From Bdellovibrionales bacterium (GTDB lineage Bacteria; Bdellovibrionota; Bdellovibrionia; Bdellovibrionales; UBA1609): a DNA stretch of 64,000 nt. The stretch is taken from contig OZ241877.1 of assembly GCA_965203095.1 (NCBI GenBank), forward strand, positions 96,001 to 160,000, in the 5' to 3' direction. Below the pieces are notes generated by a model. That model saw only the letters and a program-made list of their open reading frames with translations. It ran no database searches and had not been told where the DNA came from. Positions 56,355 to 64,000 of this stretch are shown here, one piece after another (position 1 is the stretch's first letter; each line of letters starts with the position of its first letter). A program made the position numbers and the translations under genes.

Positions 56355-57859
56355 TGGTTTAAAAATCGATTCTGCTTAAAGCCCAAAGAAATCCTTTTTG
56401 TGGCAGGCCACTTTCCCTTTTTAAAAAAATGAATGCAGTCTTCAACAGACAGTGCCTCTGTAGGGGCTGATTTCACTGGAAGAACTTTTTGTGTCATACC
56501 TTTAAAATTAACAAAAGATCCCGTCTTTTCAAAAAAGGATTTCATAGGGATTTGAAAAAAATTCTCCTTAGCTGGCAAAAAAGGATTCCCGGCAAGGCTC
56601 ATCCAAACCAATCGTTCACATTGTGAGAAAAGTTTTGTCTTCTCCTCCATATCTAAGAAAAAATGAAAAAATTCCGGACCCAAAACAAAAAGAAGTGGGA
56701 TATTCTTCTTATTTTTTTCAAACTCTGTAAAAGGCTTTATTTTGGGAAAAATTTTTTTTAAACCCTTAGTGTTGGGGTTTTTATCCCCTCTCAAAAGGAG
56801 GCCATCAAAATCATTCAAAGTTTTTTTATTAGAAATCCAGTGGTAAAAAGAGCTTTTCGGGAAAAAATCCAAAAGAGCCTGATACTCCTCATTGCTGTAT
56901 TGCCCGGTGAGGACAAAGTCTGGACTTAGTTCCTCTAATAAAACTTTAATTTCCTTAAGTGCTCTTTCTGTTTTTAAACGAATCCATCGGGAGTTCTCTC
57001 CCTTTAAAGCCGATCTTATTTTTTTGTTAGCACTTTTATAAAGAGGGCGACCTTTATCACACATCCAATGGCCGTTGATCTCTTTGTTAAAGCGAGGGCG
57101 AACCCGAAAAAGCCCCTCCTCATTGTAATCCACATCAGTATTGCAGGCTGTGGAACAGCCCGGACAGACAGAGGGGGCCGTTTTAAGATACCAAACCCTT
57201 TGCCGGAAACGAAAGTCCTTATGAGTGAGAGCACCCACAGGGCAAATATCCACTGTGTTTATGGAGTAATTATTGTCCAAGGGACGATCTTGAAAAACAC
57301 CAATCTCGCTTCGATCCCCTCGGTTAAAAATTCCTAACTCATGGGTCCGGCTCACCTCATCAGTAAAGCGAACACACCTTGAGCACAAAATGCATCTTTC
57401 TGTATCTAAAACAATTTTAGGGCCTAAATCCACTACTTTTCGTTTTTTGACTTTTGCTTCTGCCATAGAGGAATCATAAGAGCCAAACTTCATATACTGA
57501 TCCTGCAAATCGCACTCGCCAGCCTGATCGCATATAGGGCAATCTAAAGGATGATTGATGAGATGATACTCCAAACCCCAACGAACGGCCTCTTTCACTT
57601 TTTCCGATTGATTGCTAACCCTCATGCCTTCTTGAACTTTGGTGTTGCAGGCAATCGATAGTTTGGAATCCCCTTCAATTTCCACCATACAAAGGCGACA
57701 AACACCCGCTGAACTGAGCCCCGGATGCCAACAGTAGTGACTTATCTCTTGAGCTTGTTTTTTAAAAGCTTCAATGACAAGAGAACCCTCAGGAACTTTT
57801 GTTTCCTGTCCGTTAATTGAGCATTGGATTTGACGAGGCATAATATCTCCTTCCCTCAA
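56336..57859 (-). CDS. nuoG: NADH-quinone oxidoreductase subunit G (short form)
   Basis: CWHP.LS.AG.CRLC.VE, NHPLDCPICDQAGECDLQD, CILCSRCVRF, CPVGAL. Confidence 0.9.
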   Translation of the reverse strand: MREGDIMPRQIQCSINGQETKVPEGSLVIEAFKKQAQEISHYCWHPGLSSAGVCRLCMVEIEGDSKLSIACNTKVQEGMRVSNQSEKVKEAVRWGLEYHLINHPLDCPICDQAGECDLQDQYMKFGSYDSSMAEAKVKKRKVVDLGPKIVLDTERCILCSRCVRFTDEVSRTHELGIFNRGDRSEIGVFQDRPLDNNYSINTVDICPVGALTHKDFRFRQRVWYLKTAPSVCPGCSTACNTDVDYNEEGLFRVRPRFNKEINGHWMCDKGRPLYKSANKKIRSALKGENSRWIRLKTERALKEIKVLLEELSPDFVLTGQYSNEEYQALLDFFPKSSFYHWISNKKTLNDFDGLLLRGDKNPNTKGLKKIFPKIKPFTEFEKNKKNIPLLFVLGPEFFHFFLDMEEKTKLFSQCERLVWMSLAGNPFLPAKENFFQIPMKSFFEKTGSFVNFKGMTQKVLPVKSAPTEALSVEDCIHFFKKGKWPATKRISLGFKQNRFLNQWKKVW

Positions 57860-59142
57860 AGCTTACCAACAGCTGAGGAATATTCTCCGTAAAGCCTTTG
57901 TTCAAACTCTTCCCGAAACTTTGTCACAAAACTAATAGCTGGCATGGCCGCGGCGTCAGATAGAGCACATATTGTTCGCCCCATCATATTTTCTGAAATC
58001 CTTTGGATGAGCTTCCAATCCCCCATAGAGCCTTCCCCACTACAAACTTTTTTTAAAATTTTAGCCAACCAGCCCGTCCCCTCCCGACAAGGCGAACACT
58101 GGCCACAAGATTCATGGTGATAAAAATCCAATATGATGGATAAAATATTCATCATATTTCGAGAATCATCCATAACAATTACAGCCCCTGAGCCTAAAAA
58201 AGTCCCTAACTCATTTAAAGATTCATAATCCAATTGGGATTTTTCCGCCTCTTGGGCTGTTAAAACCGGAACTGAAGAACCTCCAGGAATCACTGCTTTT
58301 AAAACCCGGCCTGGGCGAAAACCTCCTCCTAAATTGTAAATCAGATCCATTAAAGGATAACCCAAAGGCAATTCATAATTCCCTGGCTTTAAAATATCCC
58401 CACTGAGAGAAAAAATTTTAGTTCCTGGTGATTTTTCTGTCCCAAGAGATCGGTAAGCCTTGGCACCATCCCGAATAATAGGCACCACTGCCGATAAAGT
58501 CTCCACATTGTTGACAATAGTGGGACAAGACAAATAGCCCTGAACTGCTGGGAAGGGGGGCTTGAGCTTGGGTTGCCCCTTTTTCCCCTCTAAGGAGGAG
58601 ATCATACCCGTTTCCTCCCCACAAATATAAGCCCCAGCCCCTAAGTAAATATCCATTTCATGCGAAAAAGAAGAACCCATAACTCTCTTGCCTATCAGAC
58701 CTTTTTCACGGGCTGTCTTTAAGGCCTTGAGCAAAGTTTTATAGGCGACTTGATACTCCCCTCGGATGTAGATATAAGATTTATGAGACTGGATGGCGTA
58801 AGCGGATATCAACATACCCTCTATGAGCTGGTGGGGGGCCCGTTCCATCATCATGCGGTCTTTAAAAGTCCCCGGTTCCCCTTCATCCGCATTGCAAAGG
58901 AGATAGCGTGGTTCTTTATTGTCCGGCAAAAAAGACCACTTAAGCCCGGTAGGAAAACCAGCACCACCTCGGCCCCTTAAACCGGATTTTTTAACTTCCG
59001 CAACAATTGCTTCTGGTTTTTGAGAGAGAGCTTTTTTTAAAGTCTGATAGCCTCCTCTCTCCTGATAGCCGGAGAGGCTTTTGTATTTGTCACGATGATA
59101 ATGCTCTGTTAAAAGCTTATGCTCCATTATTCTTCCTCTCAA
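57856..59142 (-). CDS. nuoF: NADH-quinone oxidoreductase subunit F
   Basis: GRGGAGFPTG.KW, NADEGEPG, GAYICGEET, ESCGQC.PCREG. Confidence 0.96.
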   Translation of the reverse strand: MRGRIMEHKLLTEHYHRDKYKSLSGYQERGGYQTLKKALSQKPEAIVAEVKKSGLRGRGGAGFPTGLKWSFLPDNKEPRYLLCNADEGEPGTFKDRMMMERAPHQLIEGMLISAYAIQSHKSYIYIRGEYQVAYKTLLKALKTAREKGLIGKRVMGSSFSHEMDIYLGAGAYICGEETGMISSLEGKKGQPKLKPPFPAVQGYLSCPTIVNNVETLSAVVPIIRDGAKAYRSLGTEKSPGTKIFSLSGDILKPGNYELPLGYPLMDLIYNLGGGFRPGRVLKAVIPGGSSVPVLTAQEAEKSQLDYESLNELGTFLGSGAVIVMDDSRNMMNILSIILDFYHHESCGQCSPCREGTGWLAKILKKVCSGEGSMGDWKLIQRISENMMGRTICALSDAAAMPAISFVTKFREEFEQRLYGEYSSAVGKL

Positions 59143-59230
59143 GAATTACAAGTAAAAGCTTCCCTTTTAAATAAAATGTTTTGCCCCCGCCATAAACAAA
59201 GTTTCATACCCTTTGCTACCTAACAAATCT

Positions 59231-59758
59231 TTACATGCCGTTTTTAACTGACCTGGCTTTGGATTTTAAAAACTGAATGGCCTTTTCTCCTTTAAGCTTG
59301 CCCACATACTCTTCGTTGATCTGAATCACAGGGGCTTCATCACAAGCTCCTAAACACTCCACTTTAGAGATAGTCCAGTTCCCACAGGGGCTTATCTCCC
59401 CTTCTTTCAGGTGAAAAGCCTTGCAGAGATCTTTTATCAACTGCCGACTCCCTTGCAAAGCACAAGACACATTCCCACAAACCTGAACATGAAACTTCCC
59501 CACTGGCTTTTTATTAAACAAAGTATAAAACATTAAAACCTCGTAAATAGGGGCTGGAGGAATCCCCGTCTCCTCACTTAACCAAAGAACAGCTGTGGGA
59601 GAGATCCAACCCTTCTCCTTTTGAATTTGCCAAAGGCAAGGGATGAGGCAAGAGGCTTTAGTCTCATAACGGTGGATCTCTTTTTTGATAAGCTCCCTCC
59701 CCTCTTGAGAAAGGGAAAAGTCTTTTTTATCAGAAGAGGCCAAAGGCAAGACATTCAC
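59231..59758 (-). CDS. nuoE: NADH-quinone oxidoreductase subunit E
   Basis: FYT.F...PVG, VC.NVSC, ECLGAC..AP. Confidence 0.94.
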   Translation of the reverse strand: MNVLPLASSDKKDFSLSQEGRELIKKEIHRYETKASCLIPCLWQIQKEKGWISPTAVLWLSEETGIPPAPIYEVLMFYTLFNKKPVGKFHVQVCGNVSCALQGSRQLIKDLCKAFHLKEGEISPCGNWTISKVECLGACDEAPVIQINEEYVGKLKGEKAIQFLKSKARSVKNGM

Positions 59759-59820
59759 TCCCGTTTTTTTAAGAAACCAGATTTATTTATACAATCCCCT
59801 TTTAAAAATGGCAAGAGAAT

Positions 59821-60039
59821 TAGTCAGTCCTGAAAAAGCCTGCCAAAAAAAACTATTCTTTAGTTTATTTGTCCAAAGGTCACAGCACTTCGCGGGAAAA
59901 ATACCTTGGCCCATCAACACAGGTCTTTGAGTAAAAGTCATTGAAAAGCCTACATTTAATGGATCGCACAAGCAAAAGGTCCAGCTTGTTCGGGACGGCA
60001 ATACCTTGGACCCTCACCGCTGGCTTTTGCTTGTGCGAT
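59821..60039. repeat. MITE-like repeat with degenerate type-A and intact type-B (59963..60039) core hairpins
   Basis: TAGTCAGTCCTGAAAAA left end; TTCGGGACGGCAATACCTTGGACCCTC core. Confidence 0.78.
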
Positions 60040-60055
60040 AAAGAACAAAGCTTTT

Positions 60056-60913
60056 TTAAAAGGCAAAGCCAATCCATCCAGAAACTGTGGGAAAGATCCA
60101 TCCCTTTTGTTTTAAAAATTTTTGAAAACCTTTTTTTTGACTCTCGTTCAATGCCTGGTTAGCAGTGAGTGAGGTTTCAGATAAAATATGACTAAGCAAA
60201 ATTTTAATCAGGCCCACCTCAATATTCAATTTGATTCTCTCAAAAGGAATTTGATAACCAATATGAGCCGTCACATTATAAGTATTGGTTTTTACAGAGT
60301 ATCTTGCTGTTTCGTCAAAACGACCCTGACTTATGATTTTGCTCAGTTGGCCACCAGACAACTCCCCTTTGCCATAGAGAATACGAGAAACCCCTGCCTC
60401 TATATAAGGCCCCCCACCGGATTCTTCTAAATAAGGGGTCCAGGCCAGGCGAAAATCAATATACATAGAATTTTCAAAAGCACTCGCTATAACTTTAGCC
60501 TCCTCCTCACTCAACCAACCCACAGAGGGAGACAGACTCTCAAAAGAATCCAAAAAAAAGTCCGGCATAAAACTAAGCCCTAAACGAGCGTAAAAACTAT
60601 TGGTGAGAAGATATTTTAAATGAAGGCCGAAATTGAGAGGATATTCCAAGCCAAACTCTAAAACACTGTTGTATCTTATGCCTTCTATGGAAGAAATCCT
60701 TTCATTTTCAAAAGAAAAGCCTTCTTCTTCTGATTGATAAGACAATTCCCTATCCTCCTCTTCTTCTAACAATGAAGTCTCAGAGGATGGCGGAACAGGC
60801 CCTTCCGGCCCCTCTTCTGACATCAAGCTTTTCGCAGGCTGAGGCGGAACAAACTCTTCCCCCTCTGCCCAACTCAAAAAACAAAAAATTAAAAAAAATA
60901 AAATAGTCTTCAT
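60056..60913 (-). CDS. hypothetical exported protein, outer-membrane beta-barrel-like
   Basis: Signal peptide, acidic linker, amphipathic strands, terminal WIGFAF. Confidence 0.65.
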   Translation of the reverse strand: MKTILFFLIFCFLSWAEGEEFVPPQPAKSLMSEEGPEGPVPPSSETSLLEEEEDRELSYQSEEEGFSFENERISSIEGIRYNSVLEFGLEYPLNFGLHLKYLLTNSFYARLGLSFMPDFFLDSFESLSPSVGWLSEEEAKVIASAFENSMYIDFRLAWTPYLEESGGGPYIEAGVSRILYGKGELSGGQLSKIISQGRFDETARYSVKTNTYNVTAHIGYQIPFERIKLNIEVGLIKILLSHILSETSLTANQALNESQKKGFQKFLKQKGWIFPTVSGWIGFAF

Positions 60914-61226
60914 AATTTCTTTCCTTTATTTTACAAAATTAAAGGATTCTCTAAGCCAAGAATCCTTAAGAAAACAAGCCTTTAAAATGAATAGTTTTTA
61001 CTTTTTGTCAATAAAATGCATTTTCAAATAAAATCGCATATTTCTTTAAAAATGGAGTTTTTTTGATAAGAAAAAGCTTTTTTTAAAAAAATGACAAAAA
61101 AAGGCAAGAAAAGGCTAAATTTTTAAGGGTTTTTAGCCTGTTTTAAGCCTCTTCTTTTTCAGCTTTAAGCGAATGAATTTTTTTCTCAAAATTTTTAAAC
61201 AAAAGCCAGGATAAGTCACCATAAAC

Positions 61227-62012
61227 TTAGCCTTTTGTTAAGAAATAAAGCCTGACAAAATCCTCAGGTGCAATTTGTTCTGCACGAATGGACTCCGGAA
61301 GATCCAGTTTTTTGAGAGTTTCCTTAGCCTTCTCTTTAAACCCGGGGAACAGTTGTTTAAAAAACATTTTTCTTCTAAAGGCAAAACACTGCTTGAGGAA
61401 TGGCAAAAACATATCCACTGGCAGGGGCTTTTTTCTTTTTTTAATTTGAAACTCTAAAACTGTTCCATCCACTTGAGGACGAGGATAAAAATTGGTTTGA
61501 GAAACATTCATTACCCGCCGGACATTCCAAAAAACTTGAGACATGACAGAAAGCAGGCCATAGCTTTTACTATAGGGGAGAGATAACAAATTGTCGGCCA
61601 ACTCCTTTTGTGTCATGAAAAGCATAGTGAAAATCCGCTCTTTCTGCCGGCAAGCTTTAATGAGCAATGGGCCTGTGATTTCATAAGGCAAATTACCAAA
61701 AATGGTAAATTTTTGAGGTAGCTGGGCCCAGTTAAATTTTAAAATATCTGCACAAAAAACAGTCCAACCCGCCTCTTTCCAATAACGAGCCAATTTTTTG
61801 TCCCTCTCCACAAGGCTCACCTGCTCTTTTTTAAAATGTCGGGTAAGAGCACCGGCCCCAGGCCCTATCTCTACAAAAGGGAGAGGATGAGTCTGAACTC
61901 TATCCACAATTTTTTGAATGATTCTGGGATTGATTAAAAAATTTTGCCCCATTTTTTTAACAGGGAAAAGCTTCTCCTGCTGTAAAAAAAAATGTGTCTG
62001 TTTTTTATTCAC
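61227..62012 (-). CDS. rsmA: 16S rRNA m6,2A dimethyltransferase
   Basis: GQNFL, EIGPG.GALT, GNLPY.IT, YG.LSV, F.P.P.VD. Confidence 0.94.
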   Translation of the reverse strand: MNKKQTHFFLQQEKLFPVKKMGQNFLINPRIIQKIVDRVQTHPLPFVEIGPGAGALTRHFKKEQVSLVERDKKLARYWKEAGWTVFCADILKFNWAQLPQKFTIFGNLPYEITGPLLIKACRQKERIFTMLFMTQKELADNLLSLPYSKSYGLLSVMSQVFWNVRRVMNVSQTNFYPRPQVDGTVLEFQIKKRKKPLPVDMFLPFLKQCFAFRRKMFFKQLFPGFKEKAKETLKKLDLPESIRAEQIAPEDFVRLYFLTKG

Positions 62013-62021
62013 TCCATTATT

Positions 62022-64000
62022 TTATTTCCCAAAGCCTTTTTCAGAAGAATGGCTATTATTTTCCGAAGACAGGCCCTCAAAGAGGCGAGAAGGAGTAGGT
62101 TCTTCATCCCTATCAAAAGCCAAGGGGTATCTATGGTAAGAGGAAAACACCGTTCCTGCGGGAATGAGCCGGCCCATAATTACATTTTCCTTTAAACCCT
62201 CTAATTTATCCATACGAGATTGAACTGCCGCCTCAGTCAAAATGCGAGTGGTCTCTTGAAATGAGGCAGAGGAAAGCCAACTTTTTGTATTCAAAGCGGT
62301 TTTAGTGATCCCTAACAAAATAGGCTTATAACTTATTGTTCGCCCCCCCTCTTGAATGATCTTTTCATTAGCTGTTTTTAAATCCGAAATATCTACCTGC
62401 TCCCCCGCAATGTAATGGCTGTCCCCGGGATCTGTGACTTCAGCTTTTTTTAACATTTGACGAACAATCAACTCAATATGCTTGTCATTGATGGCCACCC
62501 CCTGAAGACGATAAACCTCTTGCACCTCATCCACAAGGTAAGAGGATAGAGCCTTCGGTCCGGACACATTTAAAATATCATGCGGATCCGTAGTTCCATC
62601 CATAAGAGAATCTCCTTTTTTAATAAACTCCCCTTCCCGAACGGAGACAAATTTTCCCTTAGGGAGTAAATACTCCTTTTGCTCCCCCTCTAAAGAGGTG
62701 ACAAGCAGTTTTTGCTTTCCCTTAACATCTTTTCCAAAACTCACATGACCGTCAATCTCTGCAATAATAGAAGGCTCTTTGGGCCGGCGAGCTTCAAACA
62801 ACTCAGCCACACGGGGAAGTCCTCCGGTAATGTCTTTTGTTTTTGTGCTCTCCTTATAAACTTTGGAAATGATATCTCCGGCGTGAATTTTCTCCCCATT
62901 AGAAACCATCAGCTGAGAACCTACCGACATAGCATAAGCCACAGGTAGATCTCTTCCGGGAAAAAGTGCCGGCTGGCCCTTTTCGTCTAAAATGGCCACA
63001 GCACATTTTTGATCCCCTGAGGGAAGTTCTGTAATGACCTTAGTTGTAAATCCCGTCACAGGATCCACCTGATCTATCACATTGGACCCTTCCTCCATAC
63101 CTTGGAATTGAACCACTCCAGACACATCCGCCACAACAATATTAGTGTAAGGATCCCATTCCGCTATCAACTGGCCCTTTTCCACTTTATCTCCCTCATT
63201 AAAATTTAAAACCGCACCGTAGACTAAGGAGAACTTCTCCCTCTCCCGCCCTGTATCATCTAAAAGGACGGCAGAACCGCCACGGTTCATCACTGTCCAT
63301 TTTTTGTCCCGATTTTGAACCCGATGGACATTGTCAAATTTTAAAGTCCCCGGATAGCGGGCCTGATGAACTGACTGCTCTACTGATCGGGATGCCGTTC
63401 CCCCCAAGTGAAAAGTTCTCATAGTGAGCTGAGTGCCCGGTTCACCAATGGACTGAGCGGCAATAATGCCCACAGCTTCGCCAATGTTGACAGTGCGACC
63501 TAAGGCCAAATCTCTTCCATAACATTTCACACAAACACCATTTTTTGTCTGACAGGTGAGGCTGGATCGGATTTTGACTTTATTTATCCCCGCTTGACTG
63601 ATTTTACTAACAGCCTCCTCATCCAGTTCTTGCCCCTGGCAGGCGATGATTTCTGAAGAAAGGGGATCGGTAATTTCCTCCGCAGTGGTCCGGCCCAATA
63701 TTCTTTCAGAAAGAGGCTCTATCACCCCGCCACTCTCCATAAGGGCAGAGATTTCAATAAAATCCTGACTTCCGCAATCCTCTTCTGTGACAATCAAATT
63801 TTGAGAGACATCCACCAGCTTTCTGGTCAGGTATCCGGAGTTGGCTGTCTTTAAGGCAGTGTCTGCCAGCCCTTTCCGGGCACCGTGTGTAGATATAAAA
63901 TATTGAGACACTGTCAAACCCTCACGAAAATTGGCTGTGATAGGTGTTTCAATAATCTCGCCAGAGGGCTTAGCCATTAAACCCCTCATCCCAGAGAGCT
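62022..64000 (-). CDS. rpoC: RNA polymerase beta' subunit, C-terminal part (5' end outside window)
   Basis: [58 protein letters not shown]. Confidence 0.98.
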   Translation of the reverse strand, partial: LSGMRGLMAKPSGEIIETPITANFREGLTVSQYFISTHGARKGLADTALKTANSGYLTRKLVDVSQNLIVTEEDCGSQDFIEISALMESGGVIEPLSERILGRTTAEEITDPLSSEIIACQGQELDEEAVSKISQAGINKVKIRSSLTCQTKNGVCVKCYGRDLALGRTVNIGEAVGIIAAQSIGEPGTQLTMRTFHLGGTASRSVEQSVHQARYPGTLKFDNVHRVQNRDKKWTVMNRGGSAVLLDDTGREREKFSLVYGAVLNFNEGDKVEKGQLIAEWDPYTNIVVADVSGVVQFQGMEEGSNVIDQVDPVTGFTTKVITELPSGDQKCAVAILDEKGQPALFPGRDLPVAYAMSVGSQLMVSNGEKIHAGDIISKVYKESTKTKDITGGLPRVAELFEARRPKEPSIIAEIDGHVSFGKDVKGKQKLLVTSLEGEQKEYLLPKGKFVSVREGEFIKKGDSLMDGTTDPHDILNVSGPKALSSYLVDEVQEVYRLQGVAINDKHIELIVRQMLKKAEVTDPGDSHYIAGEQVDISDLKTANEKIIQEGGRTISYKPILLGITKTALNTKSWLSSASFQETTRILTEAAVQSRMDKLEGLKENVIMGRLIPAGTVFSSYHRYPLAFDRDEEPTPSRLFEGLSSENNSHSSEKGFGK

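Noticed and set aside
56336..59758. Stand-alone nuoEFG with short NuoG as a novel complex
   Set aside because: Split nuo clusters and shortened NuoG are common, and all Fe-S/FMN motifs are ordinary.

Overview
AT-rich bacterial chromosome segment. Gene content (S74-chaperone fibre, stand-alone nuoEFG, many secreted repeat proteins) suggests a Bdellovibrionota/Oligoflexia-like organism; this is an inference. The housekeeping backbone carries tmk (partial), folA, tsaE, aspS, ogt, two tRNA-Leu, yajC-secD-secF, gmk, yicC, miaA, mutL, dut, lnt, aroA, aroB, purD, nuoEFG, rsmA and rpoC (partial). The main result is a defence island downstream of tRNA-Cys (about 40.3-49.3 kb, all minus strand). It runs Type III mod, Type III res, a full-length but catalytically inactive-looking prokaryotic Argonaute, a translationally coupled stand-alone SIR2-family protein, and an orphan DpnA-like N6/N4 methyltransferase. 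A separate C5-MTase plus putative endonuclease pair sits between aroB and aroA. An accessory region at 11.6-18.2 kb holds duplicated pentapeptide/small-membrane-protein modules with shared, apparently leaderless promoters, and a mosaic fibre gene whose prepilin leader is frameshifted near a G18 tract. A modular MITE-like repeat family is scattered through the intergenic DNA. It displays a conserved 27-nt core in the loop of long hairpins whose stems covary or are entirely swapped.
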